IMG/VR virus record: IMGVR_UViG_3300033232_000078
Length of the DNA: 64,000 nucleotides
Origin: a virus
Reading direction: 5' to 3' (one strand)
In this document: one piece after another, positions 18,855 to 27,823 of the stretch
Numbering within the stretch: position 1 is the stretch's first letter
Layout: every line of letters begins with the position of its first letter
Position numbers and translations under genes: made by a program
Notes under the pieces: model-generated
Databases searched by the model: none
What the model saw: only the letters and a program-made list of their open reading frames with translations
What the model was told of the DNA's origin: nothing

Positions 18855-19237
18855 CAATAACTCCAGATTGTTGGGTGCGCGTGCTTCCGACTCATCCCAA
18901 GATGCAGGAACCGCCCTGCACCTTTTTGCTGAACCCCGACGCGCAGGATACCTTGATTCAAGGCGATCAGCAGAATCAAATGTGCCTCGCCGCCACGCAC
19001 AGCAATATCCGCGCACATGCCAGTCGTATGCTCGCCGACTGTGGATTTCTTCGCTTCAATCGGATGGGTTCGATCCCGATAGCCGGAACTGATTTTCATC
19101 GGATGCCCGAAGGCTTTACGAATCTGATACAGCTTATCCATGAATTCCTTTTGCATAAGACACTTTCCCGTGTGCTTACATTTGAATTCGTTCTCCGTAA
19201 AGTACGGCGCGTACGCACTCCAGTCAGTTACAATCAT
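18854..19237 (-). CDS. Endolysin, peptidase M15 (M15A/M15_3) family
   Basis: FTENEFKCK, ISSGYR, EHTTGMCADI, FLHLG Zn-peptidase motifs. Confidence 0.88.
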   Translation of the reverse strand: MIVTDWSAYAPYFTENEFKCKHTGKCLMQKEFMDKLYQIRKAFGHPMKISSGYRDRTHPIEAKKSTVGEHTTGMCADIAVRGGEAHLILLIALNQGILRVGVQQKGAGRFLHLGMSRKHAHPTIWSY

Positions 19238-19323
19238 TTCGCATCTCCCTTAAATAAAGACCCCAACCACAGCCCCAGCAGAATCCCAATATCAATCGCG
19301 ATCCAGAAGCCGAACCAGCACAT
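19234..19323 (-). CDS. 29-aa hydrophobic peptide (MCWFGFWIAIDIGILLGLWLGSLFKGDAK), not in ORF track
   Basis: Exactly fills the gap between flanking genes; ATGA overlap with endolysin start; one TM-length hydrophobic stretch. Confidence 0.55.
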   Translation of the reverse strand: MCWFGFWIAIDIGILLGLWLGSLFKGDAK

Positions 19324-19324
19324 T

Positions 19325-19627
19325 TCAGGGCTTCCCTAGAAGGCCGTTATTCGCACCCCCTATCCGCTCGACAATTCGATCCATCTTGCGATTGATCTCC
19401 CGGAGCTCCTCACGTAACACCGTCCGGTCTTCTCGAACGTCCCTGGAAAGTGCCTGAATCTCGGAGTCATGCCGCTGGACGGTTGACTTGAGATCCGAAC
19501 CCCAGGAGAATATCGACAACACTAAAGCAATCGTAGTCAGGATATGCGCTATGTTGATGGTGGTATCGACGCGGAATCTGGTCTGGTCGATCGTCCGGCG
19601 TTCCACGGTTTCGTGATCTTCGAGCAT
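19325..19627 (-). CDS. Single-TM plus coiled-coil membrane protein (holin-like or inner-spanin-like)
   Basis: Hydrophobic IAHILTTIALVLSIFSWG then coiled coil; upstream of endolysin. Confidence 0.6.
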   Translation of the reverse strand: MLEDHETVERRTIDQTRFRVDTTINIAHILTTIALVLSIFSWGSDLKSTVQRHDSEIQALSRDVREDRTVLREELREINRKMDRIVERIGGANNGLLGKP

Positions 19628-19629
19628 AT

Positions 19630-20211
19630 TCAGGCTTTCTTCAGGGTTAGTCCGGCTAGAAGTTGCTCCGGATTGGCTAAAAGATCGGCGAGTGCCGGGG
19701 CATTTTGCTGCATATTCATCAGAGATTCAACGCTGCCATTTCCCTGGGCCTGGAGTTGTTGTTCCAGCCTGGCCTGGAAATGCACGGCTTCTTCAGCCTC
19801 AAACTGCTCTCGGGTGTACTTGGGGAATTTCTGGAACTCCGCATAAAGACAATCAAGCTCACGCAAGGCATCATTCAGAAGCTTATTGATCCAGTTTCGG
19901 CTTTCCCGATCCTTAGCAATTTCAATCACAAGCCTACGCTTGTCGAAGCCCCCAGTATCAGCCTGAGCAAGTTTATACTCTTTTTCCTCGATATCAATAT
20001 CCGCGAGTTGCAATGCAAAAAGATTCTCCTTCACCGCACGGATTTTGGAAAACATCCGTAAGCCGATTGCCCGGTAGGCGCGCGCCGGAGTTAACTGCGA
20101 CGCAACCACAAAGGTCTTGTTCTGGAAATCGCTGTTCTCAAAAGGGATATCGAAGAAAGCTGTATCCAGCTCCTCCAAAACCCCGGATAAACCTTGTAAT
20201 GTAAGATTCAT
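19630..20211 (-). CDS. Helical/coiled-coil protein next to the propeller gene (possible fibre chaperone)
   Basis: Overlap-coupled to 20208-21125; charged helical composition. Confidence 0.55.
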   Translation of the reverse strand: MNLTLQGLSGVLEELDTAFFDIPFENSDFQNKTFVVASQLTPARAYRAIGLRMFSKIRAVKENLFALQLADIDIEEKEYKLAQADTGGFDKRRLVIEIAKDRESRNWINKLLNDALRELDCLYAEFQKFPKYTREQFEAEEAVHFQARLEQQLQAQGNGSVESLMNMQQNAPALADLLANPEQLLAGLTLKKA

Positions 20212-21125
20212 TTAAAACCCCCAGTTTGCGTTCCGGTAGCCCGGTCACGAGCCGAAGCCAACGTCGCACTCACCGCAGTTACAATTTCAGTGGGAAAGTA
20301 AAAACCCTCGATAAAGGTAGTGGGACCGCCGCCGCCGCCCAGAAAACCTTTCACGGCATTATTCACGCTCCCTTGGGTTGCGCGAATCCCCGCCAAGGTT
20401 GCAGACGGGTTGATGGCAGCTTCTGTGCTGAATTGGATGCCGTCAATAGCACTACTACCCGTAGCGTTGGAACCCCCTAGAGCATAACCCCGAGTTGTAG
20501 AGGAAAGACCTTCCGAGGCTGAGTGCCGTGCCTCGGTAAGTACAGCCGAGGGGTTTATTGCGGATTCATCACTATACTGAATACCGTCGATTTCAGTGTA
20601 AAAAGTTGACGAGGCGCCATTCCACAAATACCCCCCAAGTACGTATCCGCGAACAGCACTTGAAACCGCCATTGGGTGCCGTCGGGCTAAAACCAGTGCG
20701 GCCGCAGTATCACTGGCGGTTTCCGAGCCAAACACCAACGCCCAAATATCTGCAGTCGCAGTAGAATCTGTGGGGGCGCCGCCAAGTACATAACCTTTGG
20801 TATCAGAATGCGTTCCGGCAGGCCCAGATCGCGCCGTGTTCACAACAGCTGAGATTATGGCCGCGGTCTCTGTCCCAAAGGTAAAGTCAGTAATACCCGC
20901 AGTAAACGTCGGAATCGCCAGCGTACCCGCGCAATGGTAGCCTTTTGAATAGGATTCAAAACCAGCACCCGCGAACTTAGCCACCGAGAGTGCGCCACTT
21001 GGATTTATCGCAACCTCGGTTTCAAAGCGAATGCCGTCAATTTCAGTGGAGGAAGTACCCGCATTCTGACCTCCCACCCAATACCCAAGTTCATTTGCAG
21101 CGCTTGAAGCCGGAACGATAAACAT
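20208..21125 (-). CDS. Kelch-like six-bladed beta-propeller, putative receptor-binding protein
   Basis: Six G[YF]xx[GA]G motifs with recurring IDGIxF/YxxE..INPSA.L..AR blade pattern. Confidence 0.7.
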   Translation of the reverse strand: MFIVPASSAANELGYWVGGQNAGTSSTEIDGIRFETEVAINPSGALSVAKFAGAGFESYSKGYHCAGTLAIPTFTAGITDFTFGTETAAIISAVVNTARSGPAGTHSDTKGYVLGGAPTDSTATADIWALVFGSETASDTAAALVLARRHPMAVSSAVRGYVLGGYLWNGASSTFYTEIDGIQYSDESAINPSAVLTEARHSASEGLSSTTRGYALGGSNATGSSAIDGIQFSTEAAINPSATLAGIRATQGSVNNAVKGFLGGGGGPTTFIEGFYFPTEIVTAVSATLASARDRATGTQTGGFK

Positions 21126-21712
21126 TATGCGAGTCCTTTTGCTTGACCAACACAGTACATCACGTTCGAGGCCCCGCCAACAAAGGTGAAGACATCAACC
21201 GCGCTCGCCCCAGTCGAAAGCACCGGGGCCGCCCCGCCAGGAAAACGATACGCTGCGGCCCACGCCAGGGTACGGGACCCGGTCGCGTCCTGATGCACCC
21301 GCAACACATAGCAAGCATTCTCGACAATGTTAGTCGGCGCTGCCAGGGTCCGGTTACCAGCCAGTGTCACTGCTACGACTTGCCCATTGGCGTCCCCGTT
21401 CCAGTTGATCGTCGCACCATCCGTCAGGACACCGTTCATTGGGGTCTGTTGCGCCGTCCAGGTCTGCTTCACATCCTTCTTGGCCGTATCAACATCATAG
21501 CCCTGGACGGTAACCCCAATAGCTGAGGTCCCCAATACCGCATTCAGCTCGGTCTGGGTCTTGGTCATCGCGCCAGTGATGTTCGGGAAGGTCGCTTTGA
21601 GGGTGGCTTTAATCAGCCGGATGTGGTCATCCCCTGCACTCTTCGGGTCCGTACCCAGCGGGTTCGTCGCCACCAGATCGTTAATATAAGTACCTGTTTC
21701 AAGTCCCATCAC
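21125..21712 (-). CDS. Tail fibre protein (anchor plus short C-terminal domain)
   Basis: N-terminal ETGTYINDLVATNP...GDDHIRLIKATLKATFPN podovirus fibre anchor; QDATGSRTLAW...FPGGAAPVLST C-terminal motif. Confidence 0.75.
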   Translation of the reverse strand: MMGLETGTYINDLVATNPLGTDPKSAGDDHIRLIKATLKATFPNITGAMTKTQTELNAVLGTSAIGVTVQGYDVDTAKKDVKQTWTAQQTPMNGVLTDGATINWNGDANGQVVAVTLAGNRTLAAPTNIVENACYVLRVHQDATGSRTLAWAAAYRFPGGAAPVLSTGASAVDVFTFVGGASNVMYCVGQAKGLA

Positions 21713-22338
21713 ACATCTCCTTTTTTCCGGGGCGAATTCCGCTCAGCCCGATCCACATGCATCAAATAAATCCGCTTCGAGGCCTTGTCTTCATCTTCGG
21801 CAAACAAAGTCTGTGCCTCCGCATCCTTAATGAATCTGGCAACCGCCAGTCCAGTTTTCGCCAACAGCCAATCTGAAGCATTTTTAAGCCACTTGTTCTG
21901 GCCGTCCAGCGCAACATCGGAGGGGGCTGTATCCATTCGATAATACTTCATGTTGATCAGGTACGCGTCATCCGGCGTCGGAAACAGCTCGAAATATTCA
22001 TTCACCAATGCATATGCGCGCGGGGCGCCCGGCTCGGCATTCTCGAAACGCTCACTCAGATAATCCTGGTCGTGCTTTACCAGAGGAAGGCCATTATAAT
22101 ACAGCGCACCTTCCTCGTATTCCTGCAGCATATCCGTAGGGATCGGCACTCGCGGCTCGTCAATCGTGGTCGTATAAGTCGCATTCTCACCGAGCAGAAA
22201 CCACGGCGTAAAGACCCCAAAGCGCTCCAGTTCATACTGGGCCGCATCCAGTTCCAGGTTGATCTTTTCGTCGATGCCGGTATCAGTCCGATTCCCGAGC
22301 CGGGATTTGATCAGGTCAATAACCTTGCCCTTAATCAT
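21709..22338 (-). CDS. Head-tail adaptor / tail tubular protein A-like
   Basis: 209 aa; G.PRAYA...ELFPTPDDAY...NKWL.NASDWLL pattern; position. Confidence 0.7.
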   Translation of the reverse strand: MIKGKVIDLIKSRLGNRTDTGIDEKINLELDAAQYELERFGVFTPWFLLGENATYTTTIDEPRVPIPTDMLQEYEEGALYYNGLPLVKHDQDYLSERFENAEPGAPRAYALVNEYFELFPTPDDAYLINMKYYRMDTAPSDVALDGQNKWLKNASDWLLAKTGLAVARFIKDAEAQTLFAEDEDKASKRIYLMHVDRAERNSPRKKGDV

Positions 22339-22574
22339 AGGTAAATGTCCTTCTCAGTAACCACAATCGTGTTGTTCTGAATATAAACATTCACCCCGTT
22401 AAGCCGGGCAACCAAAGCATTCGCCTGGGATTGCTGACCCTCACTCAGGCGAACCGCACGCCGATGAAACACCTCACCGGATTCACCTGACACCAGCACC
22501 TGCATCCCCGGGCGCTCGGCAATTTTCAAGTCGGGCTCCGGGGAGGTGATAATGAAATCGGTCCAGTTTTCCAT
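22335..22574 (-). CDS. Hypothetical protein
   Basis: ATGA overlap with adaptor gene. Confidence 0.55.
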   Translation of the reverse strand: MENWTDFIITSPEPDLKIAERPGMQVLVSGESGEVFHRRAVRLSEGQQSQANALVARLNGVNVYIQNNTIVVTEKDIYL

Positions 22575-22578
22575 GATT

Positions 22579-23076
22579 TTAGATCTCGTCGTAGGAGAAG
22601 GTTAGGGTCTCGCCCGGCGTAGTCCCGGGGGAGGCCGTGTCAGCCACTGTCATCAGCAACACACAGTGATCGCCGATCTCAGTGTTGATGGTGCTGTACG
22701 GACCAGCGCCAAGACTCAGGGGAGCCGCCGCCGTGTAGGAAAAGGCATCGGTGAAGCCCGTGGTGCTGGCCGGTTGGGCCGGAGTCGCGAACGAAGTAAC
22801 AGCCTTGGCGAATAAGCCGACGCCAGTTCCCATACCGTTTGCGCCGTCAGTATAAAACTTCAGATTGCTGATCGAAGTGCTCGGACCAGTCGCACCGATC
22901 TTGAGACGCAGCCATTTTTCAAAGCTATAGTCCGTGATGCCGGATTCAATAACCAGTGGATTACCCGTATCCACTGTAGCATTATCCGCGTTTTTGAATC
23001 GCACAGTACCGCTGGTCTTGTCAGTATAGGTTCCACCAGCTCCGTTTTTTTCGCCAATTGTGACAGTTGCTACCAT
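22579..23076 (-). CDS. Beta-rich virion structural protein
   Basis: T/G/A-rich; AGGAG RBS; structural cluster. Confidence 0.6.
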   Translation of the reverse strand: MVATVTIGEKNGAGGTYTDKTSGTVRFKNADNATVDTGNPLVIESGITDYSFEKWLRLKIGATGPSTSISNLKFYTDGANGMGTGVGLFAKAVTSFATPAQPASTTGFTDAFSYTAAAPLSLGAGPYSTINTEIGDHCVLLMTVADTASPGTTPGETLTFSYDEI

Positions 23077-23102
23077 GATGCTGCTCCTTTAAAAGTTAAT
23101 TG

Positions 23103-25292
23103 TCAGGCCCAAAATCCAGAAATACTTGCATCATCTGCCCAACCGGTTCCTATATTCGCACTGGCTTCGGCCCAACCTGATGAACTAACAGCCTCGCTAT
23201 CTACCCACCCAGTACGAGAAATTATTGCACTAGCACTTACAGTAGTCAAGCCATTCTTGAAAAGCACTACACTTGCTGTGCAAGAAATAACTGCCATCCC
23301 GGTAAGGTGGGCACTAGCGTTGGTGATCTTGCTGAGATTTTTTTGCAGGACAGCACTGGCTGTGCTGGTTTTAGCCTGAGACGTCGCCAAGGCTGCGGAT
23401 ACGGAAGTATTAGTAGTAAGGGTTTTTTGTAGTACAGCATTCGCAGTTATAGTCTGGGCATTCGTACCTTCAGTGCCAAGGAATGCCGAGGCTTGGACGG
23501 TACGTTGAAGCGTAGCCTGGAGACTAGCACTGGCCTGCACCAACTTAGTCCTGAGCCCCAAAAGAAACGCTGAGACACTGGCAGTTTTGGTAAAGTTTTG
23601 CTGGAGTGTCGCGGAGCCACTTGCCGTTTTTGTATCCGATTTTTGCAGAATACCAGAGCCAGAAAGGCTTTTGCTCTGAGACTTCTGAAGAATGGCGGTA
23701 CCAGTAGTTAATTGGGTTACCTTAACCGAATTCCAGCCGGAAAGATCTGCATCCCAGGCTTCCGAATCACTATCCCAATCCGCAGCAACGTAAGCCTCAA
23801 GTACCGCATTTGCGCTTGCGGATTTAGTTAGGGTTTTTTGCAAAGCCCCGGAGCCACTAGTGGCCAGCGTGAGTTCAAGTGTCTGCGGCACTGCTAGCAT
23901 GAGTGTTTGCAAGTAAAATGTGTCAGCATCTACATACAAGCTCGGTGTGAGCGTCTGTGTGTCGCCGTCCCCTACAACAAAGAACAGATCATCGGAAACC
24001 ATTGAATCGAGTGCCGTGACCACGGCCTCTCCCCAAATGGCAATCTGGGCATCGGTAACCGGCGATGGCTCACCCATCTCAATATCAACCGCAAGAGTCG
24101 TTCCGAGGTTATAAATATATGTTGGCAATGAACCAGCACTGGTGTCACCTAGGTCAAGCACCGTATAGCCGGTCGCGGTGGCAAGGCGAGTCCTGAATGT
24201 CGCCTCCATCGTAGAGCCGACAGGCGCGAACAGACCCCAGGTATCCGCATACATAGCATGGGCGTTGATATTCCAGTCCGGTACTAAACCCGCCCGGTCG
24301 GTCGTCATTGCCGTGCGCGGCTTGGTGATGACTTCAAGCCCTGGACTAGCGTCCGAGAAGTGACGATTTAGGTCGTCTGCGCCACCGGCCCCTTGGGTGA
24401 ACGAACCCCGCCAGCCACCACCATAGCGACCAGGGGCATTCAGGCAGGGATAAATCAGGATGCGGTAGTGCCGTCGAAGATTCTGCGCGGCAGGCGTAGC
24501 CCCCAGCAGGTATTCAATACAGGCCTTGAACGGGAAGTCGCCTATGTCTTCACCAGCATGGATACCAGCCGTAAGCATGGCAAGCCGTTTGCCGCCAACC
24601 GAAGGCATCAAGCTGGTGTCGTTTATTTCAGCGGCATAGAACGGCGTGGCCGGGATCGTGCGACCTAGCTCATCGAGTTGAATTGAATACTCATCTGCAA
24701 TAAACGACTGCGCTGGCCATGCGGTCAGTGTCGGAGTGAAGGCTGTGGCAGTTTGAGTCGGAACCAGTATCGTTGGGTATGCTGCGGCTGTGTCTGCAAG
24801 CCATTGGCCCATCTGGGTGACACTTAGCTGCCTGCTGCGGGAGATGTAAACAGTATTCCCGGTGAAGGCTGTGTTGTGGCGAAACTCAATGTAGGTCGAA
24901 GCGACTGTTTGCGTGTCGAAGTGATGCCATGTCACCCGGTCATAACTGAACATCGGGCGTCGTGTAGACTGCCACGGTGCCCCGTGATACGTCCCGGCAG
25001 CCGGGGTGGTCGCATAATTAGAGAATCGGAACGTGGGTCGATAGCCGTTGATTCCCGTCACCTTTGCAGATGGCTCCAGCCAACGGGTCTGACTGCTGAC
25101 AACCTCGGACTCCTGCACCCGAGGTTTGAGCGTGATGACGGCAGCATCACCCACACCGGAAATGGTAGAGTCTGCCACATTGACCGACGACCGTTCGTAG
25201 TCGTCAGCAATTACCACAGCGTCTTCAAAGTACGTAGCTAGAAACTGCGCATTCGTACTTTGCCAACAGGGGATAAACTGTGCGTAAAACAT
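23103..25292 (-). CDS. Virion appendage protein with M14-type zinc carboxypeptidase domain and C-terminal 14-residue repeats
   Basis: GIHAGE (HxxE), LNAPG, DLNRHF, INAH motifs; LQKxxTKTxSxSAxL repeats. Confidence 0.7.
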   Translation of the reverse strand: MFYAQFIPCWQSTNAQFLATYFEDAVVIADDYERSSVNVADSTISGVGDAAVITLKPRVQESEVVSSQTRWLEPSAKVTGINGYRPTFRFSNYATTPAAGTYHGAPWQSTRRPMFSYDRVTWHHFDTQTVASTYIEFRHNTAFTGNTVYISRSRQLSVTQMGQWLADTAAAYPTILVPTQTATAFTPTLTAWPAQSFIADEYSIQLDELGRTIPATPFYAAEINDTSLMPSVGGKRLAMLTAGIHAGEDIGDFPFKACIEYLLGATPAAQNLRRHYRILIYPCLNAPGRYGGGWRGSFTQGAGGADDLNRHFSDASPGLEVITKPRTAMTTDRAGLVPDWNINAHAMYADTWGLFAPVGSTMEATFRTRLATATGYTVLDLGDTSAGSLPTYIYNLGTTLAVDIEMGEPSPVTDAQIAIWGEAVVTALDSMVSDDLFFVVGDGDTQTLTPSLYVDADTFYLQTLMLAVPQTLELTLATSGSGALQKTLTKSASANAVLEAYVAADWDSDSEAWDADLSGWNSVKVTQLTTGTAILQKSQSKSLSGSGILQKSDTKTASGSATLQQNFTKTASVSAFLLGLRTKLVQASASLQATLQRTVQASAFLGTEGTNAQTITANAVLQKTLTTNTSVSAALATSQAKTSTASAVLQKNLSKITNASAHLTGMAVISCTASVVLFKNGLTTVSASAIISRTGWVDSEAVSSSGWAEASANIGTGWADDASISGFWA

Positions 25293-26626
25293 TAGCTAAT
25301 GTCTACCACGGCGATCTTGCTGGCGAATACCAGTGAATCCCGGTAATCGGTGCCGTCGAGCTTGTAGAGCAGCAGAAAGCCGAATGCCCCAACTGCCAGC
25401 GACGTATGGGCTGCCAGATCAAGCTCAAGCACTCCGCTGGCGTCGGTCGTCTCGGCAGTAGTCTCGTAAGCCGGTGCACCGCTCGGTAAGTCCGCATTCC
25501 ACCACATCGCTCGAATACCCGTCAGACTTGCGCGGGGTGTCGAGCCATTGTGGAGTGTAACCCGTGCTCCCTTAACAGTCGCTGCACTTGTGATAAAGCT
25601 GGCGGTAGCCGATACGAGTGAGTCATTAGCAGCCGCATCAGCATGAACGGCATAGGCGTAGTAAGTCGTCGCAGCCGTCAGACCAGTCGCGCTAAAGGTC
25701 GTTGCCCCGGTGGTGCTGATCGCTTGGTTTGCCGCATAAACAGCAGCCGTACCGCCATTGTTCTGCCCCGCTTTTACTTGCGCCACACTTGGGGGCGTTG
25801 CACTGGTCGTGACAACAGCATACATCGTGCCGTTGCCTTCATCCGTGGTAAAGGAAAGCGTTGCAGTAGCTGCACCTGTCGGGGTGCCGATCGGGCTGGT
25901 GAGTACAGGTGCAGTGGTATCTACCGTACCGCCAAGCGTGGTGTTGGGGGGAGTTGCACCTGCCACATAGGTACTGCGCGCCGTAGCAGTCAGCTCGCTC
26001 GTGCTTAAATCATCTTGATTTGCCCACAACAACACAAGACCAGTAGGCTCCTCAAGCGGACCATTGTTTTGAGCATTTTGTAGTTGGGCGAGCGTAAGAA
26101 CCCTGTCCCAGATCGCAATGTATGCAATATCACCAATGAAGTCCCTTCCCAAACCCTCCCGGTTCATCAGGAAGGCATCATAGGTGGCATCAGAGGCGAC
26201 CGCCGTGGTGCCATCATTACCTGAAGAGTCCGCCGCCGAGACGTTTGCTAGATTGACACCAACACCGGCATAAACCAGCATGTTTGTTGAATCAAGCGTC
26301 CCATCCCAGGTGTAGGCGTAATGCCCCCATGAGTTATAAACCGCGCTATTGTTTGTACCGGGGCGTGTTGGGAATAGCGACTTGTCGGTGCTGTTCGCGC
26401 CGACTGTAAGTATCGGGACACCGCTATTGTGGTTGATGAAAAATCGCGGGCCACTTCCTCCGGTACTACCCTTGCTATAGAGGTATGCGAGGTTGTTACC
26501 TCCCGCACCAGTCGGCCTGCAGTAGGCAAGAACCGTTTGCGCCCCAAGATCATCCAGAACAGCAGGCGACCCAAGGTTGATATATCTCCCGGTCGCGCCT
26601 AGTTCAGTATTGGTTATGGTTGCCAT
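25292..26626 (-). CDS. Virion protein with LamG/concanavalin-like and fibronectin-III-like domains
   Basis: WGHYAYTWDG...FIGDIAYIAIWDRVLT (LamG-like); DTTAPVL...GLTAATTYYAY (FN3-like). Confidence 0.7.
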   Translation of the reverse strand: MATITNTELGATGRYINLGSPAVLDDLGAQTVLAYCRPTGAGGNNLAYLYSKGSTGGSGPRFFINHNSGVPILTVGANSTDKSLFPTRPGTNNSAVYNSWGHYAYTWDGTLDSTNMLVYAGVGVNLANVSAADSSGNDGTTAVASDATYDAFLMNREGLGRDFIGDIAYIAIWDRVLTLAQLQNAQNNGPLEEPTGLVLLWANQDDLSTSELTATARSTYVAGATPPNTTLGGTVDTTAPVLTSPIGTPTGAATATLSFTTDEGNGTMYAVVTTSATPPSVAQVKAGQNNGGTAAVYAANQAISTTGATTFSATGLTAATTYYAYAVHADAAANDSLVSATASFITSAATVKGARVTLHNGSTPRASLTGIRAMWWNADLPSGAPAYETTAETTDASGVLELDLAAHTSLAVGAFGFLLLYKLDGTDYRDSLVFASKIAVVDIS

Positions 26627-26672
26627 TTTATGCCCTCTGAATTTCGGGTTTGAAGCTGGTGATAATCAACGC

Positions 26673-27071
26673 TTAAAGCGTGAAGATGCCGGAAGCATTC
26701 CAGGTGACCGTAATGTCGCCACCGTTGGGCGTTACCGGTAAGCCTGTCACACCAGTATCGAGGAACGCGACAAGCCGGGAAGTGCCAGCCACGCCGGTAT
26801 CCAGATACAACACCAGGGCTTCGGCGCTTGCGCCCGTGACAGCCGTATAAGTCACGTTATCGCCATCCAGCGTGCCGTTGGTGTAGGTCTTGGTGCCGAT
26901 GGTCTGGGCGGTGCCAACGACACCAGTCAGCGATGTCAGGAACTCATGCGCGGCGCTGTAGGTGTATGTGCCGGTATCCACCAGCGCGACCTTGAGCGTG
27001 CCGCCCAGCGTGCTGTTGGCGGCTGCCTGGAGGATTGCTTCTTTCCACTTCGGGTAAATTGCGTTTGCCAT
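26673..27071 (-). CDS. Small beta-rich virion structural protein
   Basis: LKVALV...GLPVTPNGGDITVTWNASGIFTL pattern seen in phage minor structural proteins; AAGGA RBS. Confidence 0.65.
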   Translation of the reverse strand: MANAIYPKWKEAILQAAANSTLGGTLKVALVDTGTYTYSAAHEFLTSLTGVVGTAQTIGTKTYTNGTLDGDNVTYTAVTGASAEALVLYLDTGVAGTSRLVAFLDTGVTGLPVTPNGGDITVTWNASGIFTL

Positions 27072-27074
27072 GTT

Positions 27075-27737
27075 TTATCCTTTCGAACTATCCGGGGCTA
27101 TATCCCCGTGCGTGTAGGTATAACTTCCGATGTGGCCGATATGCTGACTCAGCATATGGTCTATGTGAATGGGGATTCCGGCGTCCTGCACCTTCGCGCA
27201 GAAATTCCAATCCTCACCTGTGTAGTCTTTCAAAACTGGATTCCAAGTAATATCAAACCACGGAGCGGGCACTTTGTCAAATACTTTCATGTTGATCAGC
27301 ATGACACCAGTCCCCACGCGCCAGACTTCTTCAATAGGAGGTTGTTCGGAATGCTGAGAATAAACCTGGTCACCGGCCATATTCATAGGATCGTACTGGC
27401 GGGCTGTCGGGGTGCTCGGCAGCATCTTGGTCGCGCAGTTCGCCGCCACCACCATCAGCTCCAGATCAAGCATCCGATGCAGCGTCCATTGAGGAAACAC
27501 CATATCCGAATCCAGAAACAAGATATGTGAAACACCTTCTTCTTGAGCTTTTTCCACCAGGGTCTGGCGGGAGCGGGAAAGAATCGAACCTTTCGTGTTC
27601 CAAAGCCGAAGCATTTCAATACGCTTGCCTTTGAGCAGGGGCTGGTTGATGCTGGCCATCAAACCCGCGAGGCTCATACCAAAATCAGCTTTCCAATCAT
27701 TCCCGCTGGGGATTGCAATCATTACGGAGGGATTCAT
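27075..27737 (-). CDS. GT-A fold (GT2-like) glycosyltransferase
   Basis: MIAIPS, HILFLDSDM (DxD), GTGVMLI, GEDWNFC motifs; start reassigned to ATG 27737 with AAGGT RBS. Confidence 0.8.
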   Translation of the reverse strand: MNPSVMIAIPSGNDWKADFGMSLAGLMASINQPLLKGKRIEMLRLWNTKGSILSRSRQTLVEKAQEEGVSHILFLDSDMVFPQWTLHRMLDLELMVVAANCATKMLPSTPTARQYDPMNMAGDQVYSQHSEQPPIEEVWRVGTGVMLINMKVFDKVPAPWFDITWNPVLKDYTGEDWNFCAKVQDAGIPIHIDHMLSQHIGHIGSYTYTHGDIAPDSSKG

Positions 27738-27758
27738 TTTTGAGTACCTTAAAAGTAA

Positions 27759-27797
27759 TTGTGGGGGCGTATAAAGATTAATTATACGCCCCCACAA
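27759..27797. promoter_or_regulatory. 39-bp palindrome family, site 3 (perfect 16-bp arms; may also act as terminator after the capsid gene)
   Basis: TTGTGGGGGCGTATAA-AGATTAA-TTATACGCCCCCACAA; followed by TTACTTTT on the minus strand. Confidence 0.85.
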
Positions 27798-27823
27798 ATC
27801 ACACAGAAAAACCCCCCAGTTAC

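Noticed and set aside
18855-19016. N-terminal extension of the hydrolase ORF in the track
   Set aside because: Lies within the endolysin gene; ATG 18854 overlaps the endolysin stop.
20208-26626. Diversity-generating retroelement acting on the receptor-binding genes
   Set aside because: No reverse transcriptase and no template/variable repeat pair seen.
27759-27797. Protelomerase (telRL) target
   Set aside because: Shares TTATACGC/GCGTATAA words with N15 telRL but in the opposite arrangement, and no protelomerase gene is recognisable.
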